Assembly: GCA_902619495.1 (NCBI GenBank)
Contig: CACNEM010000003.1
Span: forward strand, 48,854 to 112,853
Length of the DNA stretch: 64,000 nt
Reading direction: 5' to 3'
Origin: an uncultured Pelagibacteraceae bacterium
GTDB taxonomy: Bacteria > Pseudomonadota > Alphaproteobacteria > Pelagibacterales > Pelagibacteraceae
Numbering within the stretch: the stretch's first letter is position 1; each line of letters starts with the position of its first letter. The position numbers and the translations under genes are program-made. Below are positions 38,631 through 47,679 of this stretch, one piece after another. Below the pieces are notes generated by a model, which saw nothing but the letters and a program-made list of their open reading frames with translations, searched no databases and was not told the DNA's origin.

Positions 38631-41090
38631 ATGGATTTTATACAAAAAATATTTATTACAATTATTTTCGAAGAATTCTTAGTTTTTATACCTTTAATAA
38701 TCCTTTTTTTTTATGCGATATATTCAGTTAATGAGAAAAAAAATTACATTAGTAATTTTATAATCCTATTACTTCCATTTTTTTTTATATTTTATCAATA
38801 TTCATATCTTCCAGATTTTTTTTCATCTATCGGACAAGACTCGCTAAGTGAAATCGATGCTGATGTTGGCGAAGCATTATTTTATTTAAAAACCTTCTTT
38901 TCTTTTCTATTAGATCCTGAAATTTTCAAACGAAAAAGATTTTGGCTTTTATTAATAAGTTCTTTTTCTAGCGCGGTAATAATTTATCTTTTCCTTAAAT
39001 ACTATTTTAAAAAGATAAATAAGAATATCTTAATTTTAAATAAATATTTTAATATTCTCTTAACTTTTTCTTTAATCGTAGGATTATACGGAGCAGTATC
39101 CTTAACGCTAATGAGTTTAGATGCTGGTAAAAAAATGAGAATTTTCGAGACCGAATTTAAAAAAAATATATTGAATTATAAAACAAAAAATAATTCAAAC
39201 AATATAATCAAAACAATTATTTATGTTGGTGAAAGTACATCAGCTCTTAATTTAGGATTGTATGGTTATCCATTTGATACATCACCATGGCTGAGCTCAT
39301 TAAAAGATGATAAATTAATAAAATTTAATAGGGTTTATGCTACACATACACACACTACCCCGTCTTTAGTGAGTGCCTTTTCCATATGTTTGAAGCAATT
39401 AAAAAAAGATTGTTCATTAATATTAGATGATAACAAAAACAATCTATCTGTAATAGACGTGCTTAATAAATCTAATGTAGATACTTATTTATTTAGCACA
39501 CAAGGATCTTTAGGCGGACATAACTTAGCAACTAAACTAATTTTTAATACCAAAGAAAAAAATTTTTCAACTGATTTAGAAATTAAAGACTCAAACAGAT
39601 TTTTGGGAAATCGATATATACCAAAACTAAGAGATCACGAGTATTTTAAAAAAAGTTTTTGCTCAAATAACAATCTTTTTGAAAATGATAATTCTTCATT
39701 AACAATTCTCCATTCTTATGCAGGGCATGGGCAGTATGACGGTTACTTACATCATCTACCGCAAAAATCTGAATTTACCTACCCAAAGTATATCAATGAA
39801 AAAAATTTATTAGGAAAGGACTCTCAAAATTATAAATTGTATAATGAATACGATACTGCCATAGAATATATAGACAGTTCAATAAAAGGCGTTGTTGAAT
39901 GTATGGGGGCAAAATTTAAAAATAATCCTCAACCTATGGTTTTTATTTACTTATCAGACCATGGTGAGTCACCTGCTACAGCTAGAGGCCATGACTCTAG
40001 TCGATTAACATATGAAATGTTACATGTTCCTTTAATTGTTATTTTTAATGACGCAGCTCACAAATATTTTAATGATAAATTTGAAAAAATTAAAAAACTT
40101 GAAAATAGAAGTTTTTCACTTAAATTTTTAGGAGACTTAATACTTTATCTAAACGATATTGACGTTTTAGATAATAATAAGAAAATTATTTATTCTTCAA
40201 ATAATTTTAAAAGTCTTTCATCAAACTATATTTTAGATAGGAAAGATTTACAGGGGAATATTAGTAAACTCCAAACTTTCTGGAATCATTCAGCTAAAAA
40301 GATTGATGATGAAATTCTTGAAAAAAATTTTTTAGAGCAAGATACAAGTATAACTTTATGGCAATTGAAAAATTTTCTTGAGAAAAATAATTTAAGTGAT
40401 CAAAATAAAATTAAAAACCTAGTTTGTAAACATCGAGCGAATTCCTTTATCACTCAATATAAAGCATCTTTAGCGAATGGATGTTTTGAAACTGATATTT
40501 TTTTTCTTAAACACCAAACAATATCAGCACATAATTTAAAAGATGATACTAATTTAATATTCGATGATTTTTTGAAATCAAATTATCAAAAAAACACTAT
40601 CTGGTTTGACTCAAAAAACTTAGATAAAGTTGAAAATTGTAAATATGCACATGAATGGTTGAAAAAAAATGCAACAAAATTTAGAAGCATCTTAATTGAA
40701 ACACCATCATCATCTATAGAAAATTTTAAAGATGAGAATTGGAAAAATTGTATTTTCAGCATTAATAATATAAGCAATGTAGAAGTAGGGTATTATATGC
40801 CTGCAGAAACTATAATTAATTGTTCTAATGAAAACTTAAAGAAAAGTGAGGATGACGATTGTAAAAGTATTTATTCATCTATAGTAAAATTTTTAAATCA
40901 AACCAAAATTAACTCTATTACCTTTGATTATTCAGTTTATAATTTTATTAAAAAAAATAATGATATGAAAAAGTTCAAATGGCACATTTGGCATGTTGAT
41001 AGTTTAAACTCCTTTAATGAAATAATATCCAACAATAATATTGGCATAATGTTATTAAAGAATAATAAATTTTCTAACAATTTAAATTAA
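38631..41090 (+). CDS. membrane phosphoethanolamine-transferase/sulfatase-like protein with a C-terminal phosphodiesterase-like domain
   Basis: 4 TM; VGESTS..N.GLYGY..DTSP.L, catalytic Thr region HTTPSL, YD.AI.YID, YLSDHGE, HVPL; C-terminal HRAN...FETD...AH...WFD.K. Confidence 0.75.
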   Translation: MDFIQKIFITIIFEEFLVFIPLIILFFYAIYSVNEKKNYISNFIILLLPFFFIFYQYSYLPDFFSSIGQDSLSEIDADVGEALFYLKTFFSFLLDPEIFKRKRFWLLLISSFSSAVIIYLFLKYYFKKINKNILILNKYFNILLTFSLIVGLYGAVSLTLMSLDAGKKMRIFETEFKKNILNYKTKNNSNNIIKTIIYVGESTSALNLGLYGYPFDTSPWLSSLKDDKLIKFNRVYATHTHTTPSLVSAFSICLKQLKKDCSLILDDNKNNLSVIDVLNKSNVDTYLFSTQGSLGGHNLATKLIFNTKEKNFSTDLEIKDSNRFLGNRYIPKLRDHEYFKKSFCSNNNLFENDNSSLTILHSYAGHGQYDGYLHHLPQKSEFTYPKYINEKNLLGKDSQNYKLYNEYDTAIEYIDSSIKGVVECMGAKFKNNPQPMVFIYLSDHGESPATARGHDSSRLTYEMLHVPLIVIFNDAAHKYFNDKFEKIKKLENRSFSLKFLGDLILYLNDIDVLDNNKKIIYSSNNFKSLSSNYILDRKDLQGNISKLQTFWNHSAKKIDDEILEKNFLEQDTSITLWQLKNFLEKNNLSDQNKIKNLVCKHRANSFITQYKASLANGCFETDIFFLKHQTISAHNLKDDTNLIFDDFLKSNYQKNTIWFDSKNLDKVENCKYAHEWLKKNATKFRSILIETPSSSIENFKDENWKNCIFSINNISNVEVGYYMPAETIINCSNENLKKSEDDDCKSIYSSIVKFLNQTKINSITFDYSVYNFIKKNNDMKKFKWHIWHVDSLNSFNEIISNNNIGIMLLKNNKFSNNLN

Positions 41091-41120
41091 AAAGATATAA
41101 GATAAGTTAGGCAAATAAAC

Positions 41121-41465
41121 ATGAAACTCATCAGTATTTTTTCAGGATATATTTATTTAATTCTTGCAATCATAACAGGTATTGCCTCTAACGGTTTTCT
41201 CAAAACTACAGAAAGTTTTACTAAGCTCACACCTACAATTTTTTGCATCACAAGTATTGTTGTTTGTATTTTTTGTTTATCCAGAGCAATGACCATAATA
41301 CCTGTTGGATTTACTTATGCGACTTACGGAGCATTAACGATAACTGCAGTTACATTATTTGGAATATTTAAATACAATCAAACTCCTGATCTTTATGCTA
41401 CTGTTGGATTAATTTTAATTGTTTCAGGAGTAATACTTTTAAACCTTTTTGGTAAATTAAAGTAA
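41121..41465 (+). CDS. SMR/DMT small multidrug-type transporter
   Basis: 4 TM, LKTTESFTKL.P, IPVGFTYA; the usual TM1 Glu is not evident. Confidence 0.8.
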   Translation: MKLISIFSGYIYLILAIITGIASNGFLKTTESFTKLTPTIFCITSIVVCIFCLSRAMTIIPVGFTYATYGALTITAVTLFGIFKYNQTPDLYATVGLILIVSGVILLNLFGKLK

Positions 41466-41466
41466 A

Positions 41467-41490
41467 CCCCTGATATTTTTAAATCAGGGG
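41467..41490. terminator. hairpin between convergent genes
   Basis: CCCCTGAT-N8-ATCAGGGG. Confidence 0.7.
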
Positions 41491-41509
41491 CATTTAATTT
41501 CTTTATAAA

Positions 41510-41707
41510 CTAATTATTTAAAGATGCTGTGATAGGTTCTTTATTTTTGTTAGCTCTTTTTTCAGCGATTTTTTTCTCGATACTAGCTATCTTTAGATCA
41601 ATCTTTGATAGTTTTTTTTGTTTAGTGCTTATCTTATTTTTAAGCTTATCGATTGATTTTAGTATTTTTTTCTTTTTCTTTTCGTTTTTTTTTAACTTTT
41701 TTTTCAT
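41510..41707 (-). CDS. 65-aa Lys-rich coiled-coil protein
   Basis: Strong SD GGAGGA at 41713-41718 and a downstream terminator. Confidence 0.6.
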   Translation of the reverse strand: MKKKLKKNEKKKKKILKSIDKLKNKISTKQKKLSKIDLKIASIEKKIAEKRANKNKEPITASLNN

Positions 41708-41809
41708 ATTGTTCCTCCAAAAAAGAAAAATCTAAAATAATCTAAAAAATTTTTCAAATGAAATTTAGAAAAATCTTTTAAACTAAAAGTTGAAAAGATT
41801 TAGAAAATC

Positions 41810-42706
41810 CTACGGAACTAATAAATTTATAAATCTGTCTGTTTTTTGGATTTCAAGACTGTTTACGTAACCACAATTTTCACCATCAACTTGTGATAGA
41901 ACTTTATTGTTTACACCATTTATTTTTAATCTGTTCAATTCTTTTTTAATTACACTTTTTGCAGGAGTTAAGTCGCCTTTGGTTAAAATTAACCAAACAT
42001 AATAAAGTAATTTTATTCTGGTCAGGTCTTTAAATATGTAAGCCACTATCCTGTTTTCAAATATATTGGTATCATTAGTTATAGAATGGGGACCAGCATA
42101 GTATTTTGAATTAGTACATAAAATCCAATCAGCCATAATTTTTTCATGATCTACCTCAACCTCCATTTTAATATTTTTTAAAAATAAAAAATGCTGAAAG
42201 CCTTTTAAAGCGAAAATTACTTTTCCAAGATACTTTTTAATATTAGTATTTATGGACTCAACAATTCGAGAGTCAAAACCTACACCAGCCATCAAGAAAA
42301 AGTACTTATCATTTATTTTTGCCAATGAAATTTTCTTATGATTATCTGATACGAGGACGTTGTAAATCTCCTCCGCTTTTTTCTTAATTTGAGTTTCTAT
42401 TTGTAAAATATTTGCAGTGCCAGCAGGTATGTATCCAACTAATTTGTCTTTTAGATTATCACTTTTAAACATTTCATTAATACCAAAACATACGCTCCCG
42501 TCACCGCCAGCAAATACTAACCGATCAAATTTTTTATTAGACAATTCTTTAAATACATTCCTTGCATGATCTTCGCTTTCAGTTTTAAAAAGATCTACAA
42601 TATGATTTTTTTCTAAAAGATAAATGACCTTGTTAATTAATTTAAGTTTTCTACCACCTGCTGCATTAGCATTAAATATAACGGCAAAATTCAATTTTTT
42701 ATTCAT
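41810..42706 (-). CDS. soluble diacylglycerol/lipid kinase (DAGK_cat, YegS/DgkB-like)
   Basis: FNANAAG, AGGDGS, IPAGTAN, MAGVGFDS, N.KYYAG, QVDGE. Confidence 0.9.
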   Translation of the reverse strand: MNKKLNFAVIFNANAAGGRKLKLINKVIYLLEKNHIVDLFKTESEDHARNVFKELSNKKFDRLVFAGGDGSVCFGINEMFKSDNLKDKLVGYIPAGTANILQIETQIKKKAEEIYNVLVSDNHKKISLAKINDKYFFLMAGVGFDSRIVESINTNIKKYLGKVIFALKGFQHFLFLKNIKMEVEVDHEKIMADWILCTNSKYYAGPHSITNDTNIFENRIVAYIFKDLTRIKLLYYVWLILTKGDLTPAKSVIKKELNRLKINGVNNKVLSQVDGENCGYVNSLEIQKTDRFINLLVP

Positions 42707-42708
42707 AT

Positions 42709-42730
42709 TTTAACAATTCTGTAACATATT
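42709..42730 (+). promoter_or_regulatory. Pho-box-like tandem 11-bp repeat
   Basis: TTTAACAATTC-TGTAACATATT; the TGTAACATAT core is identical to that before pstS. Confidence 0.7.
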
Positions 42731-42770
42731 TATGATTCTACTTGTACTAGAGATTCGTTTTATAAAAAAT

Positions 42771-43586
42771 ATGGAAACAATTCAAACTAAATCTAAGGGA
42801 AAGATTTTAAATTACAAAAGCATCTTTATTTCCGACGTGCACCTTGGACATAGAAAAAGTGCAGCAAACAAATTATTAGAATTTTACAAACATTCAAGGT
42901 CAGAGAATTTATACCTTGTTGGTGATATCATTGATGTTTGGGCTTTAAAAACAAAATTTTACTGGCCTCAAGAACATAATGATGTGATTCAAAAAACATT
43001 AAGAAAAGCAAGACATGGAACAAAAGTAAAATATATTGTTGGAAATCATGATGATGTCTTCAGAAAATTTTTACCATTACATTTTGGCGATATTGAAGTT
43101 GTAAATAAAGCCATACATGTAAGCTCAGATAATAAAAAGTATATTGTTGTTCATGGTGATGCCTGGGATGGAGTCATGAAATATGCTCCATGGTTATCAA
43201 AAGTAGGAGCTGTCGCTTATAGTTTTTTACTTGAGTTTAATGTTGTTATCAATGTTTTTAGAAGATTATTTAAAAAGGGTAATTGGTCTTTAGCAAAATA
43301 TTTAAAACACAAAGTAAAGAACGCTGTAAAATATATAGGTGATTATGAAAAAACTTTAGCAATTTATGCTAAAAGAAAAAATGTTGATGGCATAATTTGC
43401 GGCCATATTCATCATTCTGCCGATCAAGTCTTAGATGGTGTGAGATATTTAAATTGTGGTGATTGGGTAGAAGGTGCAACTTTCTTAGTAGAACATTTTG
43501 ATGGTCGCATGGAAGTTATTGACTGGGACAAAATCAGAGGTGATGTTGTTGATTACGAGCCGTATCTAAAAGTAGTAAATAAATAA
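42771..43586 (+). CDS. plcP: PlcP-type phospholipase C (metallophosphoesterase, LpxH-like)
   Basis: ISDVHLG, LVGDIID.W, GNHD, HGD, CGHIH, N.GDWVE; directly upstream of a GT4; ATG 42771. Confidence 0.85.
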   Translation: METIQTKSKGKILNYKSIFISDVHLGHRKSAANKLLEFYKHSRSENLYLVGDIIDVWALKTKFYWPQEHNDVIQKTLRKARHGTKVKYIVGNHDDVFRKFLPLHFGDIEVVNKAIHVSSDNKKYIVVHGDAWDGVMKYAPWLSKVGAVAYSFLLEFNVVINVFRRLFKKGNWSLAKYLKHKVKNAVKYIGDYEKTLAIYAKRKNVDGIICGHIHHSADQVLDGVRYLNCGDWVEGATFLVEHFDGRMEVIDWDKIRGDVVDYEPYLKVVNK

Positions 43587-44594
43587 ATGAAGATTTTAAT
43601 CGTTACTGATGCCTGGTATCCGCAAGTGAACGGTGTTTGTAGAACTTTAAAAAATCTTGGCGATGAATTAAAAAAAATTGGACATCAGGTTGAATATATT
43701 GAACCTAATCAATTTTTTACTGTGCCAATGCCAAAATATAATGAAATAAAACTTTCTCTTAATGTTTGGCCTAGAGTAGGTAGATTAATTTCTAAAGCTG
43801 ATGCTGACATAATTCACATAGCTACAGAAGGTCCGATAGGAATATTTGCAAAAAGATATTGTGTAAAAAGTAAGCTTAAGTTTACCACGTCTTACCATAC
43901 TCAATTTGATAAATATTTGAAGCTATACTATCCTTATTTGCCAATTAAGCTTGCTCAAAAGTTCCTTAAAGGATTTCACTCAAAGGCGGAAAAAATTTTA
44001 GTAACAACTCAGTCGATGAAAGATGAACTTCAAGAAATTGGTTTTGAAAAGGATAAGATGGTTGTTTGGACTAGAGGAGCAAACCACGGGGCATTTCAAA
44101 AGCCTAAAAAGATTAATTTAGAGTATAAAAGACCAATTTATCTTTATGTGGGAAGAGTATCTATTGAAAAGAATATAAGAGCATTTCTGGATTTAGATTT
44201 AGAAGGTACGAAATTAGTTGTCGGTAAAGGACCTGATTTAGATAAACTAAAAAAAGAATATCCTGAAGCGATATTTAAAGGAGAGAGAACAAATGGTGAG
44301 CTTGCAAGTTACTTTGCTTCTTCTGATGTTTTTGTTTTCCCGAGCAAAACAGATACTTTTGGAATTGTAATTATAGAAGCTTTAAAATGTGGATTGCCAG
44401 TAGCAGCGTACCCTGTTGCTGGACCAAAAGATATTTTTAACGGCACAAATATTGGCTCGTTAAACAACGATCTTAAAAAAGCAGCACTTGAAGCTCTTAA
44501 GTCAGATAGAAGCGCTTGCATTGAGCATGCAAAAAAATATACCTGGGAAAATTGCGCAAAAATCTTTTTAAATAGTGCGGTATCAAACCGCTAA
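43587..44594 (+). CDS. GT4 glycolipid glycosyltransferase (Agt-like, MGDG/GADG synthase)
   Basis: TDAWYPQVNGV, HIATEGPIG, TSYHT.F, YVGRVS.EKN, FPSKTDTFG, EA..CGLPVAAYP. Confidence 0.85.
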   Translation: MKILIVTDAWYPQVNGVCRTLKNLGDELKKIGHQVEYIEPNQFFTVPMPKYNEIKLSLNVWPRVGRLISKADADIIHIATEGPIGIFAKRYCVKSKLKFTTSYHTQFDKYLKLYYPYLPIKLAQKFLKGFHSKAEKILVTTQSMKDELQEIGFEKDKMVVWTRGANHGAFQKPKKINLEYKRPIYLYVGRVSIEKNIRAFLDLDLEGTKLVVGKGPDLDKLKKEYPEAIFKGERTNGELASYFASSDVFVFPSKTDTFGIVIIEALKCGLPVAAYPVAGPKDIFNGTNIGSLNNDLKKAALEALKSDRSACIEHAKKYTWENCAKIFLNSAVSNR

Positions 44595-44636
44595 AAAATA
44601 TTTCTTTAGTCTATATCTTTAAAGTATAATCAAATC

Positions 44637-45833
44637 ATGGAATTATTATTTTACTCTCTTGCTGGAATAATTGTGATCTTAGTAATTGCAGTATCCAGAA
44701 AATCAATTGTAGCAGGTATGGAGGCAAGATCCGATATTAAGAGAGAGAACAAACCAAGTAATAATGAAGAGGGAATAGAAGACATCACCAATGAAAATAT
44801 TGAAAAAACTAATGAGCAAGTAAAGATTATAAATCAAATCGATGATCTAATTTTAATTGTAGATAAATTTAAAAATATCAAATTTTTTAATAGTAGTGCA
44901 AAAAAAAAATTTGGAGAAAATAATTTAAATAAGCACGTGGCTACTTTATTGAGAGTTCCTGATTTACTCCAAAATATTGATTTAGTGCTTTTAAAAAAAG
45001 AGACAATTACTATGGATTTAGAATTATCCTCTCCCTCATTTCAGTTCTTTAAAGTTCATCTATTCTCTGGACCGACCTCATATGTCGATGATCCTGACTC
45101 AGTTGTTTTATTTCTAAAAGATTTAACTGATATTATAAAAGCGCAAAGGTTCAAATCTGATTTTGTAGCCAATGTAAGCCATGAACTTAAAACGCCTTTA
45201 GTTTCTATTAAAGGATTTCTAGAAACTATAAGCGGACATGCGAAAGATGATTTAGAAGCACAAAAAAAATTCATACCGATAATGCTTGAGCAAGCTGATA
45301 GGATGGAAAGCTTAATTAAAGATTTACTTTCATTAAGTAGAATTGAGTTAGAGGAACATATACAGCCTCAAGATAAAGTAAATTTAAAAGAAATTTTAAG
45401 TAACGTTGAAGACATCCATCAAAAAAATTTAAAATCTTTTGAATTTAAAAATAATATAAAAGATGATTTCTTTATTAAAGGCGATAATGAAAAATTAATT
45501 GAAGTTTTTTCAAATATTATTGATAACAGTATAAAATATTCAGAAAAAAATAAAAAGATCGAAGTTAATTGTGGGCAAGGTAACGGAAAAGTAATAGGAG
45601 ACTCTTATACCGTGTCCATTAAAGATAATGGTATTGGAATTCCAACTGAACAACTTCCGAGAATTACAGAAAGATTCTTTAGAGTTGATGCAGCTAAAAG
45701 TAAAAAAGTTGGTGGCACTGGACTTGGGATGGCGATCGTGAAGCACATTGTTAATCAGCATAGAGGTGAGTTAGAAATAAAAAGTGAGACTCAAAGGGGC
45801 ACCGAAATAAAGGTTCACTTTTCTAAATTTTAG
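44637..45833 (+). CDS. phoR: phosphate regulon sensor histidine kinase
   Basis: DFVANVSHELKTPL, DNGIGI, RITERFFRVD, GGTGLG.AIVKH; located in the pst cluster. Confidence 0.92.
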   Translation: MELLFYSLAGIIVILVIAVSRKSIVAGMEARSDIKRENKPSNNEEGIEDITNENIEKTNEQVKIINQIDDLILIVDKFKNIKFFNSSAKKKFGENNLNKHVATLLRVPDLLQNIDLVLLKKETITMDLELSSPSFQFFKVHLFSGPTSYVDDPDSVVLFLKDLTDIIKAQRFKSDFVANVSHELKTPLVSIKGFLETISGHAKDDLEAQKKFIPIMLEQADRMESLIKDLLSLSRIELEEHIQPQDKVNLKEILSNVEDIHQKNLKSFEFKNNIKDDFFIKGDNEKLIEVFSNIIDNSIKYSEKNKKIEVNCGQGNGKVIGDSYTVSIKDNGIGIPTEQLPRITERFFRVDAAKSKKVGGTGLGMAIVKHIVNQHRGELEIKSETQRGTEIKVHFSKF

Positions 45834-45896
45834 CAAATATCACAATTTTATTAAATTATGTCTTGAGATAAACGGCAAAATAGTTAAAGTTTTAGT

Positions 45897-46508
45897 ATGA
45901 CTAGATTAATGAATTATATAAGTCTGGTTTTATTAACTTTAATTTTTACAACTGTTAAGGCAGATGTAAACTTAATTGAGAAAACTTTACGTTCTCAACC
46001 TCTTACAGTTTTTGATCTTGGACTTTTAAGACTTAAAAACGATCTTAGGCAAGCTAAAAACGATTTAGTTCTTGAAGTAGATAATAAAAATGTATCTACA
46101 ATTTATACTGAAGCTATATTTTCTAGAAGAGACGATGGAATTCAATTAATTGTGTCAGCACCGATGAGCACTCATTTAAATGCTAACTCGTACATGGTGG
46201 ACTCAATTAAATGTAGAAAAATTTTTGAAAAAGTTAAAAATAATCTTTTAAAAGGACAAAACGAGAGCAATATGATTCACTCAAAAGCTGCATCTTATTT
46301 AAGTGAAGTATTCACCGCTCCAACACAATGGAATGCTTGGAGATATGATAAAAGTTTTACACAAAAATTAGTTAACTTTGTACAACTAGAAGTTACATTA
46401 AAGCCAACTCAATCCTACGCAGTTAAAAATAAAGTAAGACCTTTTAGTTGCGGAGGGTCTTTAGCCTCTGATTATCAACAAATCGAGATAACTAGAAAGT
46501 TCAACTAA
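45897..46508 (+). CDS. exported hypothetical protein
   Basis: Signal peptide ending VKA; two Cys; no recognised motif. Confidence 0.7.
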   Translation: MTRLMNYISLVLLTLIFTTVKADVNLIEKTLRSQPLTVFDLGLLRLKNDLRQAKNDLVLEVDNKNVSTIYTEAIFSRRDDGIQLIVSAPMSTHLNANSYMVDSIKCRKIFEKVKNNLLKGQNESNMIHSKAASYLSEVFTAPTQWNAWRYDKSFTQKLVNFVQLEVTLKPTQSYAVKNKVRPFSCGGSLASDYQQIEITRKFN

Positions 46509-46519
46509 AAAGTTATCAT

Positions 46520-46552
46520 TTTAATAAATTTGTAACATATCTGTAATAATTA
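46520..46552 (+). promoter_or_regulatory. Pho-box-like triple 11-bp repeat upstream of pstS
   Basis: TTTAATAAATT-TGTAACATATC-TGTAATAATTA. Confidence 0.75.
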
Positions 46553-46615
46553 AGAGTCCTCTTAATTTTATGAATCCAATGTTTGTTAATTAATTAATAA
46601 ATGAAAGGATAAACA

Positions 46616-47620
46616 ATGAAAAAACTATCAATCGCTTTAGCTTCATTAGTTGCAATGTTAGTTGTAACTTCTGCTCAAGCTAGAGATCAGATTAAAATCG
46701 TAGGTTCTTCAACTGTATTCCCTTATGCAACAATCGTTGCTGAAAGATTTGGTTCGTCTGGTAAATTTAAAACACCAGTAATCGAGTCAACAGGAACAGG
46801 TGGTGGAGCTAAATTATTCTGTGCTGGAGTTGGTACAGAGCACCCAGACATAACAAATGCATCTAGAGCTATGAAGGCTAAAGAGTATGCGCTATGTCAA
46901 AAAAATGGTGTTGAAGAAATCGTAGAGATTACAGTTGGTAACGACGGAATAACGTTAGCTTATTCTAAAGATGCTAAACCAGTAAACTTTACAAAAAAAC
47001 AATTATGGGCAGCATTAGCAAAAGAGGTTGCTAAAGATGGTGCGTTAGTACCAAATCCATATAAAAATTGGAGTGATATCGACCCATCATTACCAAACTA
47101 CCCTATCAAAGTTATGGTGCCTCCAGGAACATCAGGAACAAGAGATGCTTGGAATTCATTAGTAATGAAAAAAGGTATCGATGATGCTTCTAAAAAAGCT
47201 GGCGCTAAATATAAAGCGTTAAGAGAAGATGGTGCGGTAATTGAAGTTGGTGAGAACGACTCACTTATTATTCAAAAATTAGCTGCGGACAAAGAAATGT
47301 TCGGTTTCTTTGGTTTCAGTTATTTCTTAGCTGCAAAAGATAAATTGCAAGCTGCAAGCATTGAAGGTGGTCAACCAAGTCTATCTTCGATTCAAGATTA
47401 CAGTTACGCAGTTGCAAGACCTTTATTCTTCTATGTGAAAAAAGCTCACGTGGGCGTTGTACCTGGCTTACATGAATTCGTAAAAGAGTTCACAAGTAAA
47501 AAAGCTATGGGCAATAAAGGTTATTTAACTGATATCGGGCTAGTACCTCTAGATGGCAAGTTATACAAAACATCTAGAACTAACGCTACGAAGTTAGTTA
47601 ACATGCCTGCTAAGAAGTAG
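46616..47620 (+). CDS. pstS: phosphate ABC transporter substrate-binding protein
   Basis: Signal peptide, VGSSTV.P, ESTGTGGG.KLFC, NASR, SGTR, RPLFFYVK. Confidence 0.95.
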   Translation: MKKLSIALASLVAMLVVTSAQARDQIKIVGSSTVFPYATIVAERFGSSGKFKTPVIESTGTGGGAKLFCAGVGTEHPDITNASRAMKAKEYALCQKNGVEEIVEITVGNDGITLAYSKDAKPVNFTKKQLWAALAKEVAKDGALVPNPYKNWSDIDPSLPNYPIKVMVPPGTSGTRDAWNSLVMKKGIDDASKKAGAKYKALREDGAVIEVGENDSLIIQKLAADKEMFGFFGFSYFLAAKDKLQAASIEGGQPSLSSIQDYSYAVARPLFFYVKKAHVGVVPGLHEFVKEFTSKKAMGNKGYLTDIGLVPLDGKLYKTSRTNATKLVNMPAKK

Positions 47621-47635
47621 TAGTATCAATTAAAC

Positions 47636-47662
47636 AAAAAGGGGGTATTTTACCCCCTTTTT
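47636..47662 (+). terminator. stem-loop between pstS and pstC
   Basis: AAAAAGGGGGTA-TTT-TACCCCCTTTTT. Confidence 0.8.
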
Positions 47663-47679
47663 ATCTCTGGAAGCTCAAT

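Noticed and set aside
41529-41735. Phe/Leu-rich plus-strand ORF that looks like a membrane peptide
   Set aside because: It is the antisense of the Lys-rich ORF, which has the SD
45838-45859. Possible Pho box before the exported hypothetical gene (TATCACAATTT-TATTAAATTAT)
   Set aside because: Only one weak half-site; expected by chance in AT-rich DNA
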